This document shows positions 10,087 through 23,034 of a stretch of DNA of 64,000 bases, piece by piece. The notes below the pieces were generated by a model. The model was not told where the DNA came from. It saw only the letters and a list, made by a program, of their open reading frames with translations, and ran no database searches. The stretch covers positions 29,140,001-29,204,000 of the forward strand of contig OX597836.1 of assembly GCA_951406725.2 (NCBI GenBank), read 5' to 3'. The translations under genes were made by a program, and so were the position numbers. Each line of letters opens with the position of its first letter. The stretch's first letter is position 1. The stretch is from Octopus vulgaris (Eukaryota).

Positions 10087-13000
10087 TGAGATATATATAT
10101 ATATATATATATACATACACCCACACATACATACACAAAAATGTAACATCACGCATTAACACAGTACGGCATTATGCTTTATATATATACACACACACAC
10201 ATGCATACAAACATGTAACATCATACATAAACAGTATAGCATTGTGCTACACTCACACACATACACAAATTTTATTTTATTACCAATATTAATTTCTTTT
10301 GTTTTTCAAGAATATAGGAAGCGTTTTCCGACCTTTTTTTTTAAATTTTACTTTTTTTGTCTGTAATAGTCAGATTAAAGTGAACATGTTTTACTGAATT
10401 AAAACTATTTTTTTATAACATATCACAAGAAACATTCATTTTTTTTTTCTCACTTTCTTTCATTATTTTTCCTCTCAGTTGATTAGTAATTGAAATTTCC
10501 AGAACATTCTGAATGATATTCAAAATGTTAAATAAAGCTGTTCATTTTACATTTGTGTTTTTAGTATGTGTCTTTTAATGAAAAAACTTTTTTTAATGTT
10601 GTATTTACTTGTTTCAGTTATTGGACTGTGACCATGCTGGGGCACTACCTTGATGGGTCTATTTGAACAAATCAACACCAGTACTTACTAAGTCTGGTAC
10701 TTATTCTGCTGGTCTCCTTTGCTAAACTGCTAAGTTATAGAGACATAAACAAACCAATATCGGTTGTCAAGTGGTGCTCAGGGACAAACAGAACAAAAAA
10801 AAAATGAGGCAGGCACACACACACACATGATGGGCTTCTTTCAGTTTCCATCTGTTAAATGCATTCTTAAGGCTTTGGTTTGTCTGGAGCTATAAATACA
10901 GGATGCTGGCCCAAAGAACTGCACAGTAGGACTGAACCAAAAACCACACGATTGGAAAGCAATCTTCTTTAACTACACAGCCACGCCTGTACCTACATGC
11001 AAAATATTTTTTTAAATATTTTATTTTATCATCAGGTGTAAGCATGGCTGTATGGTAAGAAGTTCGCTTAACAACCATGTTAGTTCCAAGCTTTATCCCA
11101 CTGCACAGCTTTTTGCTGTGAGAGAACATCTGGTACTATAACATCATGACAAACCTTGTCGTCATCATTGTCATCTAACGTCCGCTTTCCATGCTAGCAT
11201 GGGTTGGACGGTTTGACTGGGCTGGCGAACCAGATGGCTGCACCAAGCTCCAGTCTTGATCTGGCAGAGTTTATACAGCTGGATGCCCTTCCTAACGCCA
11301 ACCACTCCCGAGAGTGTAGTGGGTGCTTTTACGTGCCAGTCAGGCAGTACTGGCAACGACCTCACTCGAATTTTTGCACATGGGCCAGTCAGGCGGTACT
11401 GGCAACGACCTCACTCGAATTTTTTTTTTTTTACACATGCCAACGGCACAGGTGCTAGTAAGGCGATGCTGGTAACAATCCCGCTCGAATGGTGCCTCCC
11501 ACATGCCACCGGCACGGAAGCCAGTTAGCCGCTCTGGCAACGATCACGCTCAGATGGTGCTCTGGTAGATAGAAAACTGTCCCATATCATCATCATCGTC
11601 ATTTTATACCCACCCTTGACTTCATTTTTTGGCACTGTAAGTTACTGGGTTATATTTCAGGAGAAATCGTCATCATTTAATGTCTGTCTTCCATACTGGC
11701 ATAGGTAGGACGGTTTGATAGGAGCCAACCAGGTAGAAGACTACCCCCAGGCTACTGTGACTGTTTTGGCAGGGGTTTTTATGGTTGGATGCCCTTCCTA
11801 ACACCAATCACTCTTCAGTGTGGACCCAGTGCTTTTTACATGGCACCAGCATAGGTGAGGTCAGTTTTCGCATGAATTTTACAGCTGGGTGCCCTTCCAA
11901 ATGCCAACCACTTCACAGTGTGGACTGGATGCTTTTTACATGGCAGAGTCAACAAATAACTCACAAGACAAGGAATTTTGAGAGAGGTAGGGGCATTGGA
12001 AGAGGGGATCTCGTGTCGGATGATGAAAGGTTAGAGTGAGATAGATAGAAACAGGTGTCTTGTTATAGAGGAGGCACAGTGAAAGAGAGAAAAGATTCTT
12101 TGGAATCTCCTGAGCTTCCACCACTGAAACTCTTATTAAATGTAGGAGTCATCATCATGCTACTATAGGACCTCAACCCTTTAGCATTTAAACTGGCCAT
12201 ATCTGGCCAAAATAATCAGTCCACTCTGTAGGGTGTTTAGTGCTAGGAAGGGCATCCAGCTGTATAAACCATGCCAAAACACACACAGAAGTCTGGTGCA
12301 GTCTTCTGCCTGGCCAGCTCCTGTCAAACCACCAAACTCATGCCAACATGGAAGACAGGTGTTAAATGATGATGATGATGATTGTAGGACAGGTGTGAGA
12401 AGCCAGTTCTGGCTGGTTTGAACATAAAACAGGTAGAATATTTAGGCTAGATATGACTGGTTTAAATGCTAAAAGTTAAGAGGTGAAAGATGACACGGTG
12501 CTGAAAAACAGGAAGCCAACAAAGAAAGTGGGAATCTGTATAAAGCATGGTAAAACTGATTTATATTTTAGTGCCCAAGTAACACCAGGTAACCCTGATA
12601 CATAGTGGCACTCTGTCGGTTGTGCAGTCAAGGGTTTCCAGTTTATCTGATCAATGGAACAGTCTGCTTGTAAAATTAACATGCAAGTGGCTGAGCACTC
12701 CACAGATATGTGTACCCTCAATTTAGTTATCAGGAAGATTTAACATGACACAGAATGTGACAAGGCTGGCCCTTTGAAATACAGGTACTACTCATTTTTG
12801 CTAGCTAAGTGGACTGGAGCAATGTGAAATAAAGTGTCTTGCACAAGGACACAGCACATAGCTGGGAACGAACTTGTGACCTTATGATCATGAGCTGAAT
12901 ACCATAACCATTAATCCACACAACGTCATTCCTGATACATACACACTCATACACAAGTTATATACTTACAAACATGTACATACATAGATATACACTCACA

Positions 13001-14233
13001 TGCATACACATACATAAGTGAGATGTTAGACAAGAGTTACTTATGTAGTCTACAGTTAAATAAAAAGTATGTATGTATATATATATATATACTCTTTTAC
13101 TTGTTTCAATCATTTGACTGTAGCCATGCTGGAGCACCGCCTTTAGTCGAGCAAATCGACCCCAGGACTTGTATATATATCGCTGTGATCACCGTGACCG
13201 ACCTGGCTATCAGATGTTGTTATACATCGCTGGTCACAATGCGCTTCGCATTGTTTTAGCCTTCAGATGACGTCACCCCGCTGGCTAAGCGAGCAGGCCA
13301 ACAGAAGAAAGAGTGAGAGAAAGTGGTGGCGAAAGAGTACAGCAGGTCTCGCCACCACTTTATTCCGGTAAACTGTTATAAGATTATATTAACATGCGTA
13401 GCATCATACATTTTCCCCTGGCAAAACCTCAACCCCTCTTGATACCAACCCACCCGAAACCGCCTTTAGTTCTATAACACAAACTTCCTGTCTTTAAGTG
13501 ATCTAAATTAAAATCTTCCATCAAAATTCCACGTTAATTTGTCTGTTCCTAACTCCAGCAAAAATAAAAGTTATTTTACAATATTCTTCATTTTTTAAAA
13601 AATTTTTGCTACCAATCTTTCAAATGGTGTATGATGAAACAGTAAGTATACTTGTAAAACTGGGGTGCGTCTTATACACGGGTACATACGGTGAGCGGTT
13701 TGGAGAAGAAAAGAGTCATTGGTAGAAGTTTAAGGTTGAGTTAAGTATGGGAGACAACTCAAGACATATTCAACTGTTACATAAATTATATCTTTCGATT
13801 CGTTGTTGATTTCTTGAAACAAATCTTTTCATAAAATTATAATACGCCTTTAAATTCTCTCCTTACTATCTGATTAGATAATTTTTTCTCCGAAAAAGTA
13901 ATTTATGCATCAAATCTTCTTTAAATTTTATCTATAAATCCTAAGACAAGTAACTCCCCCTGTTGAACAGAAATCTAACTGCAATTCCTTAGCCCCTTAG
14001 AATAAAGGTAAATGTACAGGAACTTGCGACTTAATTATAATTATAAATTTATGAATCTATTTTTTCCTCAAAGAAAAGATCCTTCCCTGGTCCCTATAAC
14101 TTTAAGGGAGAGGCAGAAGAAAGTTGTAGCGTTTATACATACATATTAGGCAATAGATACAGTGTAAATTGCAACTGTGCATACTAATCACATAAATTTA
14201 GTAAAAAAGTAAAATCCAATTGAAATTCAGCTG

Positions 14234-14472
14234 GGATCTTTTCGGTTTGAACGGCAGTTTTTCTAGCGGTGTCATATGAAATTGTCACCCATAATTATGA
14301 CCTTAGTATCGATCTATTGCATTTCAATCTATTTTAGGGTTAGAATTTTCTCAATAAAGCCAAGAGAAAAAGATGTTTTATAAACACATTCTACCAGTAT
14401 ACGAAGTTTAAAAGTGTTTAGTTAGGTGGAAATTATTTTTTTTAAAAACTGCCGTTCAAACCGAAAAGATCC
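14234..14472. mobile_element. MITE with perfect 29-bp TIRs, GG termini and 8-bp TSD (Merlin-like)
   Basis: TIR GGATCTTTTCGGTTTGAACGGCAGTTTTT; TSD TTCAGCTG at 14226-14233 and 14473-14480. Confidence 0.85.
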
Positions 14473-14582
14473 TTCAGCTGTCAAAATTTGCAGAAGATAG
14501 TGTAATTTTGAGAACTGTGTAGACCTTCAATATATGTTTTGAGCAACTTAAGCGGCCTCTTTGAATCAAAACATAAAGCAAT

Positions 14583-14655
14583 ATGGCTAATGCGTACCAA
14601 GACGAACAGTTCGGAGTATTAAAAGATAAATATTCTAAAGGACCTTTCGGCTTAG
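14583..14655 (+). CDS. CMC1: CMC1 (COX assembly mitochondrial protein, twin CX9C) exon 1: MANAYQDEQFGVLKDKYSKGPFGLG
   Basis: ATG at 14583; donor G|GTAAAT at 14656 (phase 1) joins exon 2 to give GPFGLG-DPDD, resembling the N-terminal extension I recall for invertebrate CMC1. Confidence 0.8.
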
Positions 14656-15024
14656 GTAAATTATTTCAGCGCTGAAATTATCCAATTTTCACATAGGTTT
14701 ACATGGAGGTTAACATTGTTGAATTTTGTCTTAGTCCTGTTGAGCATTTATGTCGTCTTCCTATATCTTGTCAATGTCAAACAAGACACTGACTGTATTT
14801 ATAATTGTTTGATTGTTGTTGTTGTTCATTAGCATTATATCAGCTCTGACCAAACTGAATTATGATCAATAAGTATTTTAGCAGTGATTGATCCGTATTT
14901 CCGCATGTCTATGGTTACATTTTCTGTGAGGGAGTTTCAATTGCTATTTCTAGCAGGCCGAACGACCACGTAGAGTCTGAAATCTTAAAAAATATACGGA
15001 AACTTTTATGCACTCACAAATTCA

Positions 15025-15244
15025 GGTACTATTTAAGAAGAGTGGTCCCGGTGCGCGCACTCGCGCATCCGCGCTAGCTAGTCGTGACTACTCGATCCTA
15101 CAACGACTACCTAGCAAAGTAAGTAAAACACAAAATAATGTTTTGAAACAAAGTAAATAAAACAAAAACACAAAGTAAGGATCGACTAGGCACAACTAGC
15201 TTACGCGAGTGCGCGCACCGAGACCACTCTTCTTATATAATACC
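15025..15244. mobile_element. MITE with long imperfect TIRs, GG termini and 8-bp TSD (Merlin-like), in CMC1 intron 1
   Basis: GGTACTATTTAAGAAGAGTGGTCCCGGTGCGCGCACTCGCG / CGCGAGTGCGCGCACCGAGACCACTCTTCTTATATAATACC; TSD CAAATTCA at 15017-15024 and 15245-15252. Confidence 0.85.
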
Positions 15245-16157
15245 CAAATTCAAGATATATAATGGTCAAGAGTGTTATTGTCTTAGTCTATAAGCCTGGC
15301 TGAATAGAGTTAAACATAAAAGTAGTATGTGTGCCATAACAACAACCACGTTTATTTTGAGAACTGTAAGATGGTTGGAAGTTTTGAGTTGGGTTTCCAT
15401 ACATCCGTATATACCAGGGTATGTCCTATATTCGGATATCAGAATTTGCGAATTTAAAACATTCTCCAAAAGCTCGGCAGCTTTTGTCACTTACAAAATT
15501 GTATTTTGTTTGAAACAGACGTTTTGCATGCTGACAAAGGTTGGACTGTTTGTCTGGAGCTGGCAAGCCACAAGACTGCACCAGGTTTCACTGTCTGGTT
15601 TGGCAATGCCCTTCCTAACACCCATTATATATGTGTGTGTCCTTTGTTTCTAGTCTTCTCTAGGAATATATCTGGTCATGGGGAAATATTATCTTCCTTG
15701 GAAACATGAAGGTTGGTGACAGGAAGGGCACCAGGCTGTTTTTCTGTCTCAAGTTAGTGTTTATAATCATTATGTCATACTTAAGGTGGAAGTTGTGTTA
15801 CAACACCGGATACTGAACTATTTACCTTGAGAGAACCTCCCATATGGATGCCTGGTGCATAAAAACGCCTGTAGTTATATTGTTAGACGATGAAAATCAT
15901 CTGCTACAGGTGCTGAGTGCTTTTAAGCACCAGAAGTCCATATGAGGGGTCTTCTTAAGGTAAATATTGCACTATTCAGTGTTCTAAAACAATATCCACA
16001 TTAAGTTGGATATAAAGATTGCATTTTGGTACTAATACTGCTTCTATTGGTATTAGTGTTAAACACTAATACTAATAGAAGCAGTATTATTATTCATTGC
16101 TTTTTTTCTTTCTTATTTTATACTTCTTTTATTAAATTTTTTTTTTTATATTTTCAG

Positions 16158-16262
16158 GTGATCCAGATGACTTAACATTGCGAAGGGTTGAGAAAGAAAT
16201 AATGATACCTCAGAAAATGAAAGAAATTGCAAAGAGGGAACATTGTAGCACTGAAGTTCAGA
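16158..16262 (+). CDS. CMC1: CMC1 exon 2: (G)DPDDLTLRRVEKEIMIPQKMKEIAKREHCSTEVQ
   Basis: TTTTCAG acceptor at 16157, GTATGT donor at 16263; aligns with human CMC1 DPADQHLRHVEKDVLIPKIMREKAKERCSEQVQ (from memory). Confidence 0.92.
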
Positions 16263-16399
16263 GTATGTTTTAAAACTGGTTTATAAAGTTTTGTCAGTAG
16301 CAGTATGCAGTGACCATAACTGTATGGTAGTTTAGCTACTGTAGTGGATTAGTTTGGTATGGCAACTACAGCAGGGTAATGCGACCATTTTGGACACTA

Positions 16400-16862
16400 A
16401 ACTCTGCTTGCAAAGACCTGTTGGGGCAAGTGAAATCGAAATCAAAATCAAATTCGATGACTGGCATCTGTGCTAGTGGGGCGCAAAGAGCACCATATGA
16501 GCATGATTGTTGACAGAGCGGCTAACTGGCTTCCGTGCCAGTGGCACATAAAAGGCACCATTTGAGTGTGATTGTTACCAGCATTGCCTTACTGGCACTT
16601 GTGCCGGTGGCATGTGTAAAAACATTCGAGCGAAGTCATTGCCAGTACCGCCTGACTGGCCCCCGTGCCGGTGGCACGTAAAAGCACCCACTACACTCTT
16701 GGAGTGGTTGGCTTGAGGAAGGGCATCCAGCTATAGAAACTCTGCCAGATTAAGATTGGTGCCTAGTGCAGCCTTCTGGTTTGCCAGTCCTCAGTCAAAT
16801 CGTCCAACCCATGCTAGCATGGAAAACGGATGTTAAACGATGATGATGATGATGGTGATGAT
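16400..16862 (+). mobile_element. SINE family 3 with (GAT)n tail (…GGAAGGGCATCCAGC…CCAACCCATGCTAGCATGGAAA…GATGATGAT)
   Basis: Many copies in both orientations: about 4590-4768, 11160-11565, 19957-20287, 27020-27200, 28315-28690, 36608-36740 and 48223-48490. Confidence 0.8.
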
Positions 16863-17468
16863 TACAGCCTGAAGGCATGTGGCTTTGTGGTTAGGATATT
16901 TAGCTCACAGTCATAAAGTCGTGAGCTTGATTTCTGGCAGTGTGTTGTGTCCTTGAGCAAGATACTTTATTGCATGTTGCTTCAGTCCACTCAGCTGGCA
17001 TTCTATGTTATGCTGAATCTCCCTTACAAGATGTTAAAGGGTACGTGTATCTGTGGAGTACTCAGCCACTTGTATGTTAATTTCATGTGCAGGCTTTTCT
17101 GGTGATCAGATGAACTGGAATCCTCATCATCATAACCAAAGGGGTGCCAGTCAACATATTGTGACCATTTGAGCAGAGTGGTATACTGTGGTCACTGCAG
17201 TGCTGTTGGTGTATTGCAGCCACTGCAACATGATACTGTTTTAAAGAAATCATTATTATCCTGCGGTTCCGCACTCCCCACTTTCTTCTGCATCCTTTTA
17301 TCCTCCCCCCAATTCATTGATCATCAGTCTTCAAGCCTGCCCATTGTTTTTACTGTAGTGAGTATAATGTTTATATGGAAGAGAACTGTCTTTGATATCA
17401 CCATTCTGCACACAAACTCACACAGACATATTCATACATGTTTAAACCTAATTGCATTTATGTTTCAG

Positions 17469-17559
17469 CTTTTGGTGAATGTGCAAAACAAGCTGGTTTG
17501 CTTCTGACGTTTCAGTGTAGAGACAAAGCAAATCTCCTTCATACATGCCTATCAAATAT
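17469..17559 (+). CDS. CMC1: CMC1 exon 3: (T)FGECAKQAGLLLTFQCRDKANLLHTCLSN(M)
   Basis: TGTTTCAG acceptor at 17468, GTAAGT donor at 17560; completes the CX9C motifs C-STEVQTFGE-C and C-RDKANLLHT-C. Confidence 0.92.
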
Positions 17560-17576
17560 GTAAGTAATACCAATAA

Positions 17577-17613
<37 letters not shown>

Positions 17614-18228
17614 TTTTCTTTTTTATTTCTTCTTTTATGCAAGAATTGTAGAGATCCTTCGTTATCAAACTGAAGCTGGGCTTCTTTTTTTAAATAGTAA
17701 GAAGTGAATTCAAAACAGAAAATATTAACTTAATTTATAGAAAATATCTGACTTAAGTTGTTATCATCATTTAAAGTCTGCTTTCCATTCTGGCATGGTT
17801 TGGATGGTTTGGCAGGAGCTGGCATGCCAGAAGATTGCACCAAACTCTACCGTCTGATTTTGGTATGGTTTCTATGGCTGGATGCCCCTTCCTAATGCCA
17901 CCCACTTTACAGAGTGTTTTTCATGTAGCACAAGCACCAATGTGGTCTCCAAGTAACTTGCAAAACAAAGACTTCTCAAATGATGCAGGGGAGTAGTATA
18001 GAAGGAGGTGGCTCAATATTCTTGAATCATTGTTTGAAGAATTACAAATAAGAGATTCTAAGCATATGTTTTCTACATGTATACAATTTGTAACTCCTCT
18101 CATGTACTGAAACACATGTAACATGGAATTAAAAATATACCAAACTTTTCCAGTCTTCTATTTTGATATGTAATTACTCTGCAAATAGAATCCATCAAAA
18201 TTTCAATTGCTATGTATATATCATTTAA

Positions 18229-18460
18229 AGGCGGCGAGCTGGCAGAAACGTTAGCACGCCGGGTGAAATGTGTAGCCGTATTTCGTCTGTCGTTACGTTC
18301 CGAGTTCAAATTCCGCCAAGGTCGACTTTGCCTTTCATCCTTTCGGGGTCGATAAATTGAGTACCAGTTACGCACTGGGGTCGATGTAATTGACTTAATC
18401 CGTTTGTCTGTCCTTGTTTGTCCCCTCTGTATTTAGCCCCTTGTGGGTAGTAAAGAAATA
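18229..18460 (+). mobile_element. tRNA-derived SINE family 1, full-length copy in CMC1 intron 3
   Basis: Near-identical to copies at 32952-33182 and 63703-63932. Confidence 0.85.
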
Positions 18461-19607
18461 TATATCATTTAAAATAAACCATCTGTGTACATAGATTATT
18501 AGATTACTGTGAACATACAGATGTGTTTCACAGGGGCACAGCTTGGACACACACACACACATGAGGAGGTGCTGGAAAGTTCCTGGTTTTGAGTAAACGA
18601 AAATACAGGAGCATCAGTTAATTATGAATGTTCAGACACAAGGATGAATAAATACCAGTTTGTAGTCGAAGTACACGATAGTTGAAGTGCTGTAACAAGA
18701 AGTTCAGGCGAAGTAGCAGAGCCTGTTGAGGCACATGTCATGTAAGAAGTTGTGGCTACTATGCTGCTGCCGGTCACTTAATACAGGAAGTTCTTGCAGG
18801 TTGTACTTTCTGTTAACCATGGTGAAGTAATTCACACACAGTTCAAATTCCTCTGAGGTTGACTTTGCTTTTCATCTTTTTGGGGTCAATAAAATGAGTA
18901 CCAGTTGAGCACTGAGGTCAGTTTAATTAACTTACCTCCACCCAACAAATTACTGGCCTTCTGCCAAAATTCGAAATCAATATATGTTCCAGATTAAGGT
19001 GGCAAACTGGTAGAATCGTTAGTGTGCCAAGGAAAATGCTTAATGGTTTTTCGTCTCTCTTTACATTCTGAGTTCCAATTCTGCTGAGGTTGATTTTGCC
19101 TTTCATCCTTTTGGGGCCAGTGAAATAAGTACCAGTTGAGCACTGGCATCAATATATTTCACCTAGCCAGCTTGCCACCTTCTTTGTGTTTCTGGCTCAA
19201 TGAGATGAAACCAACATAAATGGGTTAGGAAACATAAAAAAAAATTAGCTACATCTGCCTCAAACAATGTGAGATTTTCCTGTGATTTGATCAGCCTGTT
19301 GTGCTTTTGATCAAGTGTTAGAAGAGGTGGCACCCACCAAGCAGAAACTTGCTGGCCTTGTGCTGAAATTTTAAATCTGTGTTCCAGATTAATAACAAAT
19401 GAGTTATTTTACTAAATTCTTCAATATTTTCACAATGAATTGCAACAAAAGTAGTGTATTTCAACAAAAATATGGTAACAGAAGGGTTAAGTTGTAATAC
19501 CTTTAACTGTTGGAACTCTAATTTCAATTTTTGTTTTATTGAATGAATCTTTGTCTTTTGTTTTTCTTTCTGTTAGTAATAGTGAAAAATGTATAAATCT
19601 CTTTTAG

Positions 19608-19710
19608 GTACAAGAATGAAGAATTTGTTGAAAGGTGCACACAGGAATATCTGAAAGATCGCACAGAATATCGTCGAACTGGAAAGAAGAAGCTTATAAA
19701 ACGTGTTTAA
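19608..19710 (+). CDS. CMC1: CMC1 exon 4: (M)YKNEEFVERCTQEYLKDRTEYRRTGKKKLIKRV*
   Basis: CTTTTAG acceptor at 19607; matches the CMC1 C-terminus (C..EYL..R.E.R.TG); TAA at 19708-19710. Total CDS 372 nt = 123 aa. Confidence 0.92.
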
Positions 19711-19747
19711 ATAATAGTTATATGTAATGTGAGAATACAAATTTGTA

Positions 19748-19753
19748 AATAAA
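19748..19753 (+). terminator. Polyadenylation signal of CMC1
   Basis: AATAAA 38 nt after the stop, ATTAAA at 19758, and GT/T-rich sequence downstream. Confidence 0.6.
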
Positions 19754-20741
19754 ATTTATTAAAACTGTTCTCGTTGCTTTTACTGGAATAATTTACAACA
19801 CTGAAATGGTTTGATGTAATCTGAAATTCTTTCATATCTCAAATAGTTAAAATACTACATGAAAAGAATAAGGTTGCAAAAGAAATGAGGAAAAGAGTAA
19901 AAACATAATTGGATTGTCATGTTGTTTCTTAGGGCATTACATTAGACATATTAGACTGGCTTTCGTGCCAGTGGCACGTAAAAAGCACCATCCGAAGGTG
20001 GCCCTTGCCAGCCTCGCCTTGACTGGCTTCCGTACCGGTAGCACATAAAAAGCACCAATCCGATCGTGGCCGTTGCCAGCCTCGCCTGGCACCTGTGTCG
20101 GTGGCACGTAAAAAGCACCCACTATACTCTCGGAGTGGTTGGCGTTAGGAAGGGCATCAAGCTGTAGAAACACTGCCAGATCAGACTGGAGCCTGGTGCA
20201 GCCTTCTGGCTTCCCAGATCCCCGGTCAAACTGTCCAACCCATGCTAGCATGGAGAACGGACGTTAAACAATGATGATGATGATGATATTCTTAGGGATA
20301 TTACTCAGTTCTCTTTGGTGTAGCTGACATCTTTAACTTCTTCCAGGTTAAAAACAAAATGGGCTGATGAAAGATCAGAAAAACGCCATATTTTCTGGCA
20401 AGTCAAATTTTTCAGACCAAAATTTACAACCAAAAATAGTTGGTCAAGACGAATTTAGAGAACTGAAAGTTCCATGCATAACGCAACAGGATTTGGAAAG
20501 ATAGTGATAATGTTTGAATGCTTACACAACATGTTTATGCTATATACTACGTTGACTTGTATGCAGGAAAATACGATATGTACGCATGACCTAATGAAAG
20601 AAATCTCCATTTGGTTGATAGCAACCAAATGGAGGTTAGAAATAACAACTAAATTTCTTTCAAATTGTACCCTTCTGTCTTATATATGTATATATCTTAT
20701 TTTCTGATATACAAGTTGAATTTTTTTGACCAAAATTTACA

Positions 20742-20889
20742 GGCGCAGGAGTGGCTGTGTGGTAACTAGCTTGCTTACCAACCACATGTTTCTGGGTTCA
20801 TTCCCACTGTATGACACCTTGGGCAAGTGTCTTCTACTATAGCCTCAGGTGTGAGTGGATTTGGTAGACAGAAACTGAAAGAAGCCCGT

Positions 20890-20926
<37 letters not shown>

Positions 20927-21130
20927 ATATGTTTGTGTCTGTGTTTGTTCCCCCCAACATCGCTTGACAACCGATGGTGGCGTGTTTACATCCCCGTAAC
21001 TTAGCGGTTCGGCAAAACAGACCGATAGAATAAGTATTAGGCTTCCAAAGAATAAGTCCTGGGGTTGATTTGCTCAACTAAAAGCACTGCTCCAGCATGG
21101 CCACAGTCAAATGACTGAAACAAGTAAAAA
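20742..21130 (+). mobile_element. tRNA-derived SINE family 2 (GGCGCAGGAGTGGCTGTGTGGTAAG head, CACCTTGGGCAAGTG core, internal (TA)n/(TG)n, GAAACAAGTAAAAGAG tail)
   Basis: Copies at about 31874-32270, 34085-34445 (-), 34876-35265, 49100-49495 (-), 52205-52556 (-) and 57557-57890; source of many spurious ORFs. Confidence 0.85.
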
Positions 21131-21815
21131 AGAGAGAGCCAAAAAAGAGGTAGGTCAATTTATGCACCAAAATGACTTTGGAGGATCAAAAGTTCCTTGT
21201 GAAATGCCACAGCAAGATTCAGAAAGATAGTGGCAGTGTTTGTTTACGCTACACATTTATATTATATAATACATTGCCTTATATGCTGGAAATCTCCTTC
21301 AAATCATACCTTTATGTCTTAGGTATAAACCTCATTTCCTAGCATACAAGTTAAATTCTTTAGATCAAAATGTACAGCCCCCCCCCCCCAAAAAAAAAGG
21401 CAGGTCAACTTATGCACCAAGATGATTTTGAAAGACCATAAATTCCATGTTAAGTGCAGCATACCAAGTTGGGTGTGTCCACATGAACACATTTACATAG
21501 CATAAAGAAAAGGGTGTCAAGAATTGACATGGGAAAGGGAAAGTTATTTTGCTTAGACAGAATAATTGGCCATTTTATCAGTTGGTTTTAAGTCAGATAT
21601 TAGCAACAGGTTTTTGTAGCCATTTGCTTCATTAAATAGAAGTGAAGATTTTATGACCCATTAGCAGCTTTTCTCTAAGACAACTAAGTAGGCTTAGGGT
21701 TTGAACATTAAGTCATAAAATTTGTCTATGGAAAGGACAAGCATCATTTATTACTACAACATACTTCCCACTCACCTATTAGATTTCCTTCCTCCACCTC
21801 TCTCTCTATATATAT

Positions 21816-21865
<50 letters not shown>

Positions 21866-22177
21866 GCATATATACATATATGTACATACCTACACATATG
21901 TATATATACATGCATATATGGGTACAGGACATAAAAAAATGTGGACAGAATGAGAAACGAAAACAGGGGCTAAACATAGAGGGGATAAACAAGAACAGAC
22001 AAAGGGATTAAGTCGATTACATCAAACCCAGTGGGTACTTTATTTATCAACCCCGGAAGGATGAAAGGCAAAGTCGACCTTGGTGGAATTTGAACTCAGA
22101 ACGTAACGGCAGACGCAATACTGCTAAGCATTTTGCCCGGTGTGCTAACGTTTCTGCCAGCTCACCACCTTCTCTCT

Positions 22178-22810
22178 GTTTCTGGCTCAGTGAGATGAAA
22201 CCAACACATCCTGGCTTAGGAAACATTAAAAAAAATTAGCTAGATCTACCTCAAACAATGTGAGATTTTCCTGTGATTTGATCAGCCTGTTGTGCTTTTG
22301 ATCAAGTGTTAGAAGAGGTGGCACCCACCAAGCAGAAACCTTTGGGATGGTAAGTTCATCAAGCAGAATATTCTCAACTCTCTCTAGGGATATGCCTATA
22401 GCCGTGGCTATTTGATTTACAATCAATTACCTGACATATGGTGAACATGAGTGATGTTTTCTTCAATGGTGGCATTTGCAGGATGCAAAGTCTTTGGGTC
22501 ATCTTTAAGCCTCTCCCTTCCTCTCGTGAATTTGCACTGTTGATAAAGCTTGAGTGTCATGCCCTAATGTAGCAACCATGTCAGTATTCCTTTGGAGACT
22601 AAAACCATTTTCTGCAGGTACTTGATAATGCCATGATGCCAAATTTTGTTTGTTTTCAAGAGAAGTTGCTACTAGTTACTTTTGAAGTCTTCTTTGAACA
22701 CTGTGGTTCTCAGTTTACCTGGAAAGAAACAATGCAGTTATTAATAAGAAAAGTGGAATTAATGCTTGCAAGATTTCACAGTTCTAGCATCACACCTTCG
22801 TAGTCAGCCT
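22178..22810 (-). mobile_element. Decayed mariner transposase fragment; a shorter copy lies at about 19185-19345
   Basis: ORF 22226-22426 gives IATAIGIS...ILLDEL...KVSAWWVPPLLT.DQK, the mariner HTH/WVPHEL-type region. Confidence 0.8.
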
Positions 22811-22903
22811 ATCCTTGATTACATATATGTGTGTGTACTTATGTATATGTGCATGTATATACAATCACACACACTTATGTGTGTATATATGTATGTATGT
22901 ATG

Positions 22904-22938
<35 letters not shown>

Positions 22939-22973
22939 GTGTATATATATATATATGTAGGAGCTAACGGTCC

Positions 22974-23034
<61 letters not shown>

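Noticed and set aside
18229-18320. tRNA-like sequences with A and B boxes
   Set aside because: They are SINE heads that continue into SINE bodies; no complete cloverleaf or oligo-T terminator.
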